Below, piece after piece: positions 1 through 8,625 of a DNA stretch of 50,824 nucleotides (positions are counted from its first letter, which is position 1; each line of letters opens with the position of its first letter). The DNA comes from Chloroflexota bacterium (GTDB lineage: Bacteria; Chloroflexota; UBA6077; JACCZL01). Position numbers and translations under genes: made by a program. Under the pieces are notes generated by a model. The model saw nothing but the letters and a program-made list of their open reading frames with translations, was not told where the DNA came from and made no database searches. The stretch spans positions 1-50,824 of the forward strand of contig DASPXK010000294.1 in the NCBI GenBank assembly GCA_035637315.1, in the 5' to 3' direction.

Positions 1-113
1 CAGAGACGCGGCGAGGCGTGATGACAGAGGAGGCATGCAAGAACGTGCAGGGGCACGATATCCCGTGCGCCACAATGATACCTGCGTCGATTCCGGAACC
101 AGGGTTCCAACGA

Positions 114-133
114 GGGCACGGCATGCCGTGCCC
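114..133. terminator. Perfect 20-bp GC-rich palindrome GGGCACGGCATGCCGTGCCC just 3' of the PNP gene; candidate hairpin terminator or REP-like element
   Basis: Read directly: 114-133 is self-complementary and lies 18 nt beyond the minus-strand stop at 152-154. A second hairpin GGAACC-AG-GGTTCC sits at 95-108, and a related GCACG..CGTGC hairpin at about 53-68. No U-tract. Confidence 0.4.
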
Positions 134-151
134 CTACCGTCCCCGCGGGAC

Positions 152-1006
152 TCAATCCTCGAAGGTCAGCTCTCGGATGACGCCTCGGATGATGCCCTGG
201 AGGCCGGGCGCGGCGCGCTCGGCTACGGCCAGGACAGTTGCGTGGCTCACTTCCAAGCTCGGCGGCGCGAGCCCGGTCGCCGCGTTGGTGATCACTGACA
301 TCGCGAGCACGCGCATGCGCTCGTGCCGCGCGACGATCACCTCGGGCGCCGTCGACATGCCGACGGCGTCCGCGCCGGTCAGGCGAAGGTAGCGGACCTC
401 GGCCGCGGTCTCGAAACTCGGGCCCGCCACGCCGACGTACACACCCTCGTGAACTCGAACCCCCAGGTCGGCTCCGATCTGGAGCGCCCGAGCCCGCAGC
501 TCGGCGTCGTAGGCGTCGGCCAGGTCCAGGAAGCGGACCCCAAGCTCCGGCTCGTCTGGGCCCACGAGCGGATTGAGGCCCGCCAGGCCCATCAGGTTGA
601 CGTGATCGCGCAGAACCATCAGGTCGCCCGGCTGGTATCCGTCGTTCAGCCCGCCGGCGGCGTTGGTGATGATGAAGACCTCGGCTCCCAGGCGGCGGAG
701 GGTGCGAACGGGAAAGGTGACCTGCTGCAGGCTGTAGCCCTCGTAGTAGTGGACGCGACCCCGCATCACGACCACCGGAACGCCCTCCAGCGTCCCCGAG
801 ACCAGCTGCCCGCTGTGGCCTGGAACGGTTGAGACCGCGAAATGGGGGATCTCAGGGTACGGCACGACGACGGCATCGGCGACCTCGTCCGCGAGCGGTC
901 CGAGCCCGGAGCCGAGGATGATGCCGACCTTGGGAAGCGTCTGCAGGCGGCCGCGCAGACTCGAGGCCGCCTCGCGCACGCGATACGCTAGCGATGGAAC
1001 ACTCAT
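152..1006 (-). CDS. punA: Purine nucleoside phosphorylase (trimeric PNP/MTAP family, inosine/guanosine type)
   Basis: ORF 152..1105 trimmed to the ATG at 1004-1006 (MSVPSLAYRV...), because the 33 upstream codons only translate the tandem repeat. Motifs: GIILGSGLG, VPGHSGQLV, RVHYYEGY, ITNAAGGLN, MSTAPEV. Confidence 0.85.
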   Translation of the reverse strand: MSVPSLAYRVREAASSLRGRLQTLPKVGIILGSGLGPLADEVADAVVVPYPEIPHFAVSTVPGHSGQLVSGTLEGVPVVVMRGRVHYYEGYSLQQVTFPVRTLRRLGAEVFIITNAAGGLNDGYQPGDLMVLRDHVNLMGLAGLNPLVGPDEPELGVRFLDLADAYDAELRARALQIGADLGVRVHEGVYVGVAGPSFETAAEVRYLRLTGADAVGMSTAPEVIVARHERMRVLAMSVITNAATGLAPPSLEVSHATVLAVAERAAPGLQGIIRGVIRELTFED

Positions 1007-1007
1007 C

Positions 1008-1126
1008 CGAGTAGGAAGTCGCGAGTAGGAAGTCGCGAGTAGGAAGTCGCGAGTAGGGAGTCGCGAGGGAGGAGCAACGCGTCGAACGCGCTCGTCACTC
1101 GCCACTGGCTACTCGCTGCTCGTTGT
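1008..1126. repeat. Stop-bearing tandem repeat hairpin A: 14-bp unit CGAGTAGGAAGTCG x4.7 (1008-1073), with a partly complementary heptamer tract (CTCGTCA CTCGCCA CTGGCTA CTCGCTG...) at 1093-1126
   Basis: Read directly. TAG recurs at 1012, 1026, 1040 and 1054 (14-nt spacing, so all three plus-strand frames). The right arm gives TAG and TGA on the minus strand. Lies between the recombinase stop and the PNP start. Confidence 0.85.
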
Positions 1127-2068
1127 TCAGCGTCGGCTAGCTGCGGTGAGGGTCCTGGTCCGTCCGATCTTGACCTGCGTGTAGATCTGGGTGGTGGAGA
1201 TGTTGGCGTGGCCGAGCAGCTCGCGCAGGCGAGGTAGGGTAAAGCCATCGCTCAGGCGGTGAGTCGCGAAGGAGTGGCGGAGTGTGTGCGGTGTCACCTC
1301 AGCGCGAACCCCACTGTCTCGTGCGACTGACTTCATGATCAGCCAGAAACCCTGGCGAGTGAGTCGCTGGCCGCGATGATTCAAGAACAGGGCTGGCTGG
1401 GGTAGGCCTGACCGCAGCAGCGCTGGCCGCCCGCGGTCCAGGTAATCCTGGAGCGCCGCCCAGGCCCGTTCGTCCACGGGCAGTTGGCGCGCTCGAGCGC
1501 CTCGACCAATGCAGCGAACGGTCTGGCCCGCTGCATCGATGTCGGAGACGTCGAGGGAGACGAGCTCCGTGACGCGCATCCCAGTCGCGTACAGCAGATG
1601 CAGCATCGCCCTATCGCGCAGGCCCTCCGGTGTGGTCCGCTTGTCCGCCTGCCGGATGAGCAAATCCACATCGCCAACGGAGATCGCTCTAGGGAGCGGC
1701 TTCTTCACTTCGGGCGAGCCCAGCTCGGCCGTGGGGTTGTGGGAGATCACTCCCTGGCGAAGCAGGAACTGAAACAGGGACTTGACGGCCGCCATCTTTC
1801 GGGCGATGGTGGCCGCGGAGTAGCCCTTGTCCACGCGCAGATTCAAGAAGAAGCCTGCCACGGTCTCGCGGGACAGCTCGGACTGGCCGACCTGCCCGTT
1901 GCCGCTGCCAGTCAGATGGTGGACGCCGTTGCCAAGTGGGCCGGCGTGGCGACTGCTCAGATACGCCTCGAACTGGCGGAGATCGTTCTTGTACGCGGCC
2001 AGGGTGTTGGGGGACAGCCGACGTTCGGCAGCCAGAAACTCGAGGAACTCCTCGATCTTCTGTTTCAT
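1127..2068 (-). CDS. Tyrosine site-specific recombinase, XerC/XerD family
   Basis: 313 aa. N-terminal SAM-like region (FLEFLAAERRLSPNTLAAYKNDLRQF). C-terminal catalytic motifs HTLRHSFATH and LGHANISTTQIYTQV. Confidence 0.85.
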   Translation of the reverse strand: MKQKIEEFLEFLAAERRLSPNTLAAYKNDLRQFEAYLSSRHAGPLGNGVHHLTGSGNGQVGQSELSRETVAGFFLNLRVDKGYSAATIARKMAAVKSLFQFLLRQGVISHNPTAELGSPEVKKPLPRAISVGDVDLLIRQADKRTTPEGLRDRAMLHLLYATGMRVTELVSLDVSDIDAAGQTVRCIGRGARARQLPVDERAWAALQDYLDRGRPALLRSGLPQPALFLNHRGQRLTRQGFWLIMKSVARDSGVRAEVTPHTLRHSFATHRLSDGFTLPRLRELLGHANISTTQIYTQVKIGRTRTLTAASRR

Positions 2069-2163
2069 GGCCCGCCTCCTCAGCGTTCTGGCCAGGCTAG
2101 ACGCCCGACCAGAACTCGTTGTGAGTGTAACACAGGAAATTTCGACTCATCGCGGGTAGGCGA

Positions 2164-2697
2164 TCAGGGCCGGCGACCCGGCGTGGCGCGGCTGGGGGGA
2201 CGACCGCGCCCAAGCTGACGCTGAGCCTGGCGCGCCAGCTCTGGCGACCATTTCCAGACGTTGTAGTAGTGCGGCCGGCGATACTCCGGCGGCCCTTCCA
2301 CGAAAAACCCAGGGATGCTGTCCAGAATCTCGTTCCAGACCTCGGAGTCGCGGCGAACCACGGCCGTGGCCGCCAGCGGCGAGAGTGAACGCAGAAGCTC
2401 GCTCAGGAGATGCTTGACGATCCCAGCGTGAGGCGCCTCGCCCACGGACCCGACATCGCGAAGCGTCAACGTGTCGTCCACCCGCATGTGCCACTCGACG
2501 AATCCGCCGAGGACCCATGCCTTCTCGCGGGGGTCGTAGCGTTCGAGCAAGAGCAGCTCGTCGCGCTGCTGGGCTGTCCGCAGGCTGCCGCTCCGAGTTC
2601 GACCGTCGGGATGCGCCAGGCTGACCTTCATCGCCGCCTGCAGCGGCTTGAGGTCTTCCGGCTCGGCGGAACGTATCCGAAAGGCGAGCTCGTCCAC
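2164..2697 (-). CDS. Hypothetical protein (possibly GNAT-fold acetyltransferase-like)
   Basis: 177-aa ORF with protein-like composition (MDELAFRIRSAEPEDLKPLQ...). No firm motif recognised. Competing overlapping ORFs are Arg/Pro/Gly-rich GC artefacts. Confidence 0.5.
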   Translation of the reverse strand: MDELAFRIRSAEPEDLKPLQAAMKVSLAHPDGRTRSGSLRTAQQRDELLLLERYDPREKAWVLGGFVEWHMRVDDTLTLRDVGSVGEAPHAGIVKHLLSELLRSLSPLAATAVVRRDSEVWNEILDSIPGFFVEGPPEYRRPHYYNVWKWSPELARQAQRQLGRGRPPSRATPGRRP

Positions 2698-2784
2698 GCG
2701 GCCGCATCCACTGCCCGGGTATTTCGACCCAGGTGGAGAATAGGGTAGCGATTGCGCTCCAGGTGGGCAAGCTGGCCAATTCGC

Positions 2785-3000
2785 TCAGCCCCGAACGGCG
2801 TCGTTCGCGTACAGCCACTTCAAGAAGATGAGCTGGCCGACCTGCCTGGCGGTGAAGCCGGACGACTCGAGCGCGTAGCGCCACTTGTACAGAGTCAAGC
2901 GGCGGACATCCTCTGACGTGAGCGGGTGTCGAGTGGCGGCCCGAGGCGCCGGGCGCGATTGACCAATTGAGCGGCGTGGGACCGGACGATGATCTGTCAT
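2785..3000 (-). CDS. Small hypothetical protein (71 aa)
   Basis: ORF 2785..3180 trimmed to the ATG at 2998-3000 (MTDHRPVP...LTLYKWRYALESSGFTARQVGQLIFLKWLYANDAVRG). The C-terminal half looks like genuine protein; the upstream part is Arg/Pro-rich. Confidence 0.4.
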   Translation of the reverse strand: MTDHRPVPRRSIGQSRPAPRAATRHPLTSEDVRRLTLYKWRYALESSGFTARQVGQLIFLKWLYANDAVRG

Positions 3001-3298
3001 AGGCTGGTCTCCCTGAACGCAAGGGGCGACGGCCGGGACGGGGGCACGCACTTCTGAAACCTGCCCCGACCGCCGCCGCTTGTCCATCCTCCTGACACGG
3101 GGGGTCTTTTTGGCACACCCCCGAGGGCTGGCCAAGCCGCGCGACTGCCAGACTGCCTCCCCACGGCCTGGTCGCGGCACACGCGAGACTCCTCACCCCC
3201 CTGTCTCACGCGACAGCGGCCGCACCGCGAACGAGCCAAAGCTCGGCGTTGACCTGGGCACGCCAGCGACGGCTAGGCGGAAACGGCTCAGCCGAGAC

Positions 3299-3320
3299 GG
3301 CACGGCATGAATGACGTGCC
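3299..3320. repeat. GGCACG-N10-CGTGCC palindromic element, related to the palindromes at 53-68 and 114-133
   Basis: Read directly: GGCACGGCATGAATGACGTGCC shares the GGCACGGCATG core with 114-133. Lies in a roughly 400-nt noncoding gap. Confidence 0.5.
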
Positions 3321-3407
3321 TGCTGGCTCCCTTGAGGCTGCTATCTTACGTCTGGGAGCGTTACAACGACGTCTCGGGGCCTGGCGATTCTGTCACGAAA
3401 ACATAAC

Positions 3408-3490
3408 GAGTGGGCAGTGAGCAGTGGGCAGTGCACGCACTTGGCCGCTGCCTACTGCCCACTGGCTACTGGCTACTGGCTACTGGCTGG
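3408..3490. repeat. Stop-bearing heptamer hairpin B: (AGTGGGC/AGTGAGC) tract 3408-3437 opposite a (CTACTGC CCACTGG CTACTGG x3) tract 3448-3490
   Basis: Read directly. The plus-strand CTA (TAG on the minus strand) occurs at 3452, 3466, 3473 and 3480. The last is the response regulator stop codon. Confidence 0.85.
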
Positions 3491-4208
3491 TGGCCGGCTC
3501 GGTTTCGGGCAGCTTGTTAAGGGTGTAGCCGATGCCCGGGCGAGTGGTGACGAAGCGCGGATTGCTGGGGTCGAGCTCGATCTTACCGCGCAAACGGGCA
3601 ATGTTGACTCGCAGCAGGTGGGCCTCATCCTTGTATTCGGGCCCCCAGACCTTGGTCAGCAGGTCAGCCTGGGTGACCACGCGGCCGGCATTGCGCGCCA
3701 AGAAACTCACTATCCTGAACTCCGTAGGCGTCAGATTGACCTGCTGGCCGCTGACGCGCGCGACTTGTTGCGCGAAGTCCACCTCCAGCTCGCCGGTCTG
3801 GAAGACCGGCTGGCCTTGGTCAGGGCTGGAGAATTGGGCGCGGCGGAGCGCAGCCCGCACGCGCGCCAGCAGCTCCATTGAGCCAAACGGCTTGGTCAGA
3901 TAGTCGTCCGCACCGGCGTCCAGGCCCGATACCTTGTCCTCCTCTGCCTCGCGAGCAGTCAGGATGATGATCGGCACGGTCGAGAACTCGCGCACCCGGC
4001 GACAGACGTCGCGGCCGTCCATGCCAGGCATCATGATGTCCAGCAGCAGCAGGTCTAGCTCCTCGGCCTCGGCCATTTTGAGCGCGTTGTGGCCGTCCAT
4101 GGCGGTCAGCACGCGGTAGCCGTTCAGCTCCAAGTTGCGCTGGACCAGCTTGAGCAGGCGCGGATCGTCATCCGCTACCAGCACCGAAGTCTTGCGGGTC
4201 GTATTCAT
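3480..4208 (-). CDS. OmpR/PhoB-family response regulator (REC plus winged-helix)
   Basis: 242 aa. Receiver motifs VLVADDD, LLLLDIMMPGMDG and KPF. C-terminal trans_reg_C-like segment LTPTEFRIVSFLARNAG...GIGYTL. Confidence 0.9.
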   Translation of the reverse strand: MNTTRKTSVLVADDDPRLLKLVQRNLELNGYRVLTAMDGHNALKMAEAEELDLLLLDIMMPGMDGRDVCRRVREFSTVPIIILTAREAEEDKVSGLDAGADDYLTKPFGSMELLARVRAALRRAQFSSPDQGQPVFQTGELEVDFAQQVARVSGQQVNLTPTEFRIVSFLARNAGRVVTQADLLTKVWGPEYKDEAHLLRVNIARLRGKIELDPSNPRFVTTRPGIGYTLNKLPETEPATSQ

Positions 4209-4231
4209 CGATCCTCCATCTCGTTCAAGCC

Positions 4232-4329
4232 GTCAGCTGTCAGCCTTCAGCTGTCAGCCTTCAGCTGTCAGCCTTCAGCTATCAGCTATCGCCTGCACGT
4301 GCTGACGGCTGACTGCTGACCGCTGATCG
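4232..4329. repeat. Stop-bearing heptamer hairpin C: (TCAGCTG/TCAGCCT) x8 at 4232-4290 opposite (CTGACGG CTGACTG CTGACCG CTGATCG) at 4301-4329
   Basis: Read directly. TCA (minus-strand TGA) recurs every 7 nt from 4233 to 4282, eight times. TGA on the plus strand occurs at 4303, 4310, 4317 and 4324. The kinase stop (4282-4284) is the first of the minus-strand TGAs. Confidence 0.9.
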
Positions 4330-7300
4330 CTCGTAAAGTGGCAGCGTGAAGAAGAAGGTGCTGCCCTTGCCCAGCCGACTCTCTGCCCAGATCTTGCCTC
4401 CGTGTGCCTCGACCAGGCGCTGGCAGATCGCCAGGCCGAGGCCAGTCCCTCCCACTCGCTTCGAGATCTCGCCCTCCACTCGGTGAAAGCGGTCGAAGAC
4501 TCGGTTCAGGTCACGGGTTGGGATGCCCACCCCCTGGTCGGTCACGCTCACGACCAGCGTGTCGCCCTGGATCTGCCCCCCGACCACGATCTCGCCGCCG
4601 TCGGGCGAGTACTTGACCGCATTCTCCAGGAGGTTCGTGGCGACCTGCGCGATGCGGCGCGGGTCAGCCTCCACGAGCTGATCACAGCTCCAGGCCATCA
4701 TGATCCGGTGTCGGTCGGTCAGGCGTTGGACCCGCTGGGCACAGGATTCGACGACCTCGGCCATCTGGATCGGCTCGCGGTCCATCTTCAGAACGCCCGC
4801 CTCCAGGCGCGACATGTCGAGCAGGTTTCGGATCATCTCGTCCAGTCGATCGCTCTCACTGTCGATGGTCTCCAGGAACTCGCGGGTCTCGGCGCGACTG
4901 AGCACCCTGTCGTGCTCGAGCAGCGTGGTCGCGTAGCCCTTGATCGAGCTGAGGGGGGTGCGCAGCTCGTGGGAGACGGTTGAGAGCAGCTCGGTCTTGA
5001 GCCGATCGATCTTCTTGAGTGCAGCGACTTCGCGGGCGTGCTCCGCGAGCTGGAGGTTGTTGATTGCTAGCGCGACGTGGTTGGCCAGGACCACGACGAT
5101 CCGCTCGTCCGCGTCGCTGAAGGGACGTTCGGCCCGCTCCAACTCGACCACGCCAATCGCGCCATCCTTGAGCGGCAGCGGGATAGCCATCAGCGCCGGA
5201 GGAGGCACGATGTGCACCGAGCGCTCAGGAGAGCGGCCGTCCGCCGGCTGCTCGTCAATTAGCATCGAGTCGCCCGGCCCGCTTCGTGCGGGATGCCCGG
5301 ACCGAAAGGCCAGACTGGCCAGCGACGAGGGCAGCAGCCCTGGCGGCCGGCTGGCCCGGGGCACGGTGCTGCCGCGCAGTCCGTTTCCTCCGGTCGGCGC
5401 CCGGACCCGCTCGTCCGTCACTACCGGCCGAAGGACCGGCGAGTTTGCCTCGCACAGCAGGACCGAGGCCCGATCGTAGCCGATCCGCTCGCGGATGATT
5501 TCGAGTAGGCGCTGACCGATCTCTTCCGGAGTGACCACGGTGTTGGCCGCGTTCGCGATCTCGTACAGCGCCTTGGTCTCTTCGAGCTGGCTGCGGACCT
5601 CGCCGTACAGACGCGCGCTCTCGAGCGCAACCACGGCCTGGGCGGCCAACAGCTCGGCCTTGGCGAGATCTCGGCCCTGGAAGGCCTCGGGGTGGCGCGA
5701 GCTACCAAATATGATTGCGCCGATGGTCTCGCGGTGGCGGACGAGTGGCACGGCCAGCAGGCATTGCTGGCGCAGCATGACGGTGAGGCGCGGGTTGCTC
5801 TGCCGGGCCGTGGCGGCATGCTGGACGATCTCGGGCGCCTGCGTGCGCACGACTCTGGCGGTGAGGGAGATCGGATCATTCAGCGACAGTCGCCTGTCTT
5901 GTAAGATGTCGCGGCGGACGCCGGCCGACTCAACCAGGCGCAGCTCACCAGCCTCCTGGTCGACCAGCCACACCACGGCCGAGTCAGCGCGCAGGGCGGC
6001 ACGACCCTGGCGGCAGACTAAATCCATGACGCGCTCCATCTCCAGGCTAGCCTGGAGGTTGAGCGCCAGTCCGAGGTCTCGCAGGCGCTCTTCAGCGTAG
6101 CCGGCCGTCTCCAGGCGCCGCAGCAGCCAGCCGTTCTCGGCAAGACTGAGGATCAAGCGGATTACCAGCAGCACAGACAGACCGAGCGTCCCGACGAACA
6201 GCTCCGTCTTGGGAGCGTTTTCGGACAGGAGCTGCGCGGCGAGCGCCAAGCACACCAGGCCCCCGGCCGCCGTGGCTGGTACCAGCCGGAGTCGGCTGTC
6301 GTCGCGGGCGTCTCCCTCGGGCGGGCTGTGAGCCAGCTCGGCGTCGGGCGCGAGGGCCACGACCAGCCCGCCCAGTGCGACTCCGGCGAGCCCGACGGTC
6401 CAGAAAGGCTGGCCCAGCCCGAGCTGCCAGCCCGGCAGGTGGAGCAGTCGCCCGGCGTGGAGGGCGGCACCGGCCGCGACAGCCAGTGTCCCCCATGCCA
6501 GCAGTCCCTGGGGTGACGCTGGGCGCGCCAACGCCGTTCGTCTGGTGACCCAGACCATGGCGTAGGCTGTGGCGACGTACGCCGACAGGTACAGCAGACC
6601 GCCCGGCGTGAGCGACTCTTCGCGCGGACCCAGGACGTCGGTGTGAATCGTGATCAGCAGGCCCATGACGGGCGGCGCCAGGCTCAGGATCGCGACGTCG
6701 AGCAGGAGCTTCGCCCGCCGCGGGTTCACCCGCTCGCCATCCAGGCGGGCTAGCGCAGCGACCAGGAAGAACACGACGGCCGCCACGAAGCCAGCGTCAT
6801 CGCGGCCGAACGCCGCTGGCCCGGCTGCCGGGTCGAAGCTCTGGTAGCCGCGTGCCAGCATGCCGACCAGGATCAAGGCCGCCGCCGCGCCGGCCAGCAG
6901 CCAGGTGAGGCGAGTTCGCGCGCGCGCTGCGTGCGCGGCGCAGACGCCGGCCATGGCCGCGCCGAGCGCGACCACCAGGCAGGCGCCCCAGGCGATCGGC
7001 CGAAGGCCTGGCAAGAGCGCCAGGAGCGCTTCCAGCCCCAGCACGACGGCGATGGCGACGCCAACGACCAGGCCGGCCCTTGGCTGCGCCGAGGCTCGCC
7101 CGGCCGCCAGGCGGTCCGCGGCAATCGCCTGGACCGGAAGATGGGCGGACTCGCGCGCCAAGCGTGCCGGCGGGCTACCCTTGGCGCGGAGATCGGCGAT
7201 GCCCGTTGGGACGAGTGGGCGAACGCGCCCGGCGACGCCACGGCGGCCGCGCCGCGCCGGGGCGTGCGCCACGCTCACGACGTGCACCTGCGAGGCCAGC

Positions 7301-7374
7301 GTCCCCCCAGATCGAACAGCACGTGCCATGGTACGGCCGAAGGCCGACAACAGGCAAGAGGTTTGGCCCGCCAT
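4282..7374 (-). CDS. Sensor histidine kinase: multi-TM N-terminal region, two GAF-like domains, HisKA, HATPase_c
   Basis: 1030-aa ORF. Long hydrophobic N-terminal third. H-box [15 protein letters not shown]-box [12 protein letters not shown]-boxes DQGVGIP and GGTGLGLAI. Directly upstream of the regulator on the same strand. The exact start (7374 or 7329) is uncertain. Confidence 0.85.
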   Translation of the reverse strand: MAGQTSCLLSAFGRTMARAVRSGGTLASQVHVVSVAHAPARRGRRGVAGRVRPLVPTGIADLRAKGSPPARLARESAHLPVQAIAADRLAAGRASAQPRAGLVVGVAIAVVLGLEALLALLPGLRPIAWGACLVVALGAAMAGVCAAHAARARTRLTWLLAGAAAALILVGMLARGYQSFDPAAGPAAFGRDDAGFVAAVVFFLVAALARLDGERVNPRRAKLLLDVAILSLAPPVMGLLITIHTDVLGPREESLTPGGLLYLSAYVATAYAMVWVTRRTALARPASPQGLLAWGTLAVAAGAALHAGRLLHLPGWQLGLGQPFWTVGLAGVALGGLVVALAPDAELAHSPPEGDARDDSRLRLVPATAAGGLVCLALAAQLLSENAPKTELFVGTLGLSVLLVIRLILSLAENGWLLRRLETAGYAEERLRDLGLALNLQASLEMERVMDLVCRQGRAALRADSAVVWLVDQEAGELRLVESAGVRRDILQDRRLSLNDPISLTARVVRTQAPEIVQHAATARQSNPRLTVMLRQQCLLAVPLVRHRETIGAIIFGSSRHPEAFQGRDLAKAELLAAQAVVALESARLYGEVRSQLEETKALYEIANAANTVVTPEEIGQRLLEIIRERIGYDRASVLLCEANSPVLRPVVTDERVRAPTGGNGLRGSTVPRASRPPGLLPSSLASLAFRSGHPARSGPGDSMLIDEQPADGRSPERSVHIVPPPALMAIPLPLKDGAIGVVELERAERPFSDADERIVVVLANHVALAINNLQLAEHAREVAALKKIDRLKTELLSTVSHELRTPLSSIKGYATTLLEHDRVLSRAETREFLETIDSESDRLDEMIRNLLDMSRLEAGVLKMDREPIQMAEVVESCAQRVQRLTDRHRIMMAWSCDQLVEADPRRIAQVATNLLENAVKYSPDGGEIVVGGQIQGDTLVVSVTDQGVGIPTRDLNRVFDRFHRVEGEISKRVGGTGLGLAICQRLVEAHGGKIWAESRLGKGSTFFFTLPLYERSAVSSQPSARAGDS

Positions 7375-7451
7375 TTCGGGCGCTTTTCGGGAACGGTCGG
7401 GGGTCTGGGCCCGAGGCCAGCGGCCAGGCTTCAGGGAATTGGAGCACTCGC

Positions 7452-7476
7452 CTCTGACTCCCGACCCCTGACCCCT
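7452..7476. repeat. Heptamer tract D (CTCTGAC TCCCGAC CCCTGAC CCCTCTAG)
   Basis: Read directly. Plus-strand TGA, TGA and TAG just 3' of the diiron gene stop (7477). Partly complementary to GGTCGGGGGTCTGGG at about 7397-7411. Confidence 0.6.
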
Positions 7477-8574
7477 CTAGAAGACGGGAATGATATCCGT
7501 CGGGTCGACGTCGGTCACTTCGTGACCACTGATTCCGACCTCGGGCATCGCCGGGAACGCGATCCCGTAGCGTTCGACGACCGCCTTGACCTTGAACATC
7601 GCCTGGCGCCAGACCTCACGCTTGACGTCGAGAGTGGCCACCCCTAGTCCAGCCTGGCGAGCGATCGATTCCAGCTCACGATGGGTCGCCAGGAACTCGG
7701 GCGGTAACTGCCAGAACTGCTCCGGCGGCTCGTACAGGATCATCGACAGGAAGACGAAGCCGGCTCGAAGCTGCTTAGTGATCATGGCCTTCTCGTCGTC
7801 GGACAGGCTGGGGAACGACTTCTCGAGCATGGCCAGGCAGATGGCCATGTGGCGGGCCTCGTCTTTGCCGACGTTGCGCAGGGCGTGCTGGAAGACGGGA
7901 TGGGTTGCCTGCTTGCTCATCGTGTGAAAGAGCGTTGTCGCCGCGACCTCGCCCATCATGAAACTGGAGAAGAGGACCGACAGCGGGTATTTGTTCAGCG
8001 CCTGGCTGTAGCCTTTCCAGTAGCGGGCCCCGTTGTAGTACAGCCAGCGCAGGTTCCTGAGTGCCAGAGCCTCCAGCTCGGTCTCCGGCTCCCAGCCCTC
8101 GGTTGGCGTGGCCGACCAGAGTCGGCTCACCGTCCGTTGGCAGACCTCCTCGTGGTTGACCTCGTCGCGCGTGATCGAGAAGAACGCCTTGCGGACCGGG
8201 TCCTCCTCATGGTGCTCGTACGAGTGGATCATCGCTTTGGCGAAAACAGGCGGGCCCGAGCCGTCGAAATTCGCCAGCACGGCGTACCAGTACATCACGG
8301 CCAGGCGCTGCTCTCGCGTGAAGTCGAGCGGGTCTAGCTCGGCCCAGGGCAGGTCGGCGGGATTCCAGACCTCGCGCTTGGCGCGCTCGTACAAGCTGGC
8401 AAGCTTGCCCTCCTGGTCGCCGTGCCACTCCATGGGGTAGATGTTCGGCTGGTCGATCGACGGGACGTCGGCGAGGAGATCCCGAACGAGCTGGCGGATG
8501 TTCTCGTGCTGCGTAACCACGATCGGTACCCAACGTAGAGGCGGACCCACGTGTCCGCCCTGGGGCGCGCACAC
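7477..8574 (-). CDS. Ferritin-like diiron-carboxylate protein (AurF/diiron-oxygenase-like; exact family unresolved)
   Basis: 365-aa ORF. Two EXXH motifs (RDEVNHEE and KDEARHMA); the second follows GEVAAT by 30 residues, the classic E-x29-E-x2-H spacing. The start may be an internal GTG (IVVTQHEN), because the first roughly 20 codons are GC-biased. Confidence 0.65.
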   Translation of the reverse strand: MCAPQGGHVGPPLRWVPIVVTQHENIRQLVRDLLADVPSIDQPNIYPMEWHGDQEGKLASLYERAKREVWNPADLPWAELDPLDFTREQRLAVMYWYAVLANFDGSGPPVFAKAMIHSYEHHEEDPVRKAFFSITRDEVNHEEVCQRTVSRLWSATPTEGWEPETELEALALRNLRWLYYNGARYWKGYSQALNKYPLSVLFSSFMMGEVAATTLFHTMSKQATHPVFQHALRNVGKDEARHMAICLAMLEKSFPSLSDDEKAMITKQLRAGFVFLSMILYEPPEQFWQLPPEFLATHRELESIARQAGLGVATLDVKREVWRQAMFKVKAVVERYGIAFPAMPEVGISGHEVTDVDPTDIIPVF

Positions 8575-8594
8575 GGTGCGCGCCTACAATCATA

Positions 8595-8625
8595 CTGGCT
8601 ACTGATTACTGACTACTTCGGTCAG
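8595..8625. repeat. Heptamer tract E (CTGGCTA CTGATTA CTGACTA CTTCGGT)
   Basis: Read directly. The minus strand reads GTAGTCA GTAATCA GTAGCCA, giving TAG, TAA and TAG 7 nt apart. The E1-alpha stop (8599-8601) is one of them, and its tail TEVVSNQ is repeat-encoded. Confidence 0.75.

Noticed and set aside
18-392. 124-aa and 87-aa plus-strand ORFs at the window start
   Set aside because: They mostly overlap the PNP gene antisense. The non-overlapping part is the hairpin-rich terminator region.
1127-2068. Tyrosine recombinase as a marker of an integrated mobile element
   Set aside because: The sequence is XerC/XerD-like (SAM-like N-domain, housekeeping-type motifs), it lies beside core metabolism genes, and there is no adjacent tRNA, att-like direct repeat or phage/ICE cargo.
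2147-3239. 349-aa and other overlapping minus-strand ORFs across 2147-3239
   Set aside because: They overlap the better-behaved 2164-2697 and 2785-3000 frames and translate to Arg/Pro/Gly/Ala runs. Judged to be GC artefacts.
4232-4329. Possibility that the short tandem repeats are CRISPR arrays
   Set aside because: The units are 7 or 14 bp with no unique spacers, no cas genes are in the window, and the arms are inverted complements. This is not CRISPR architecture.
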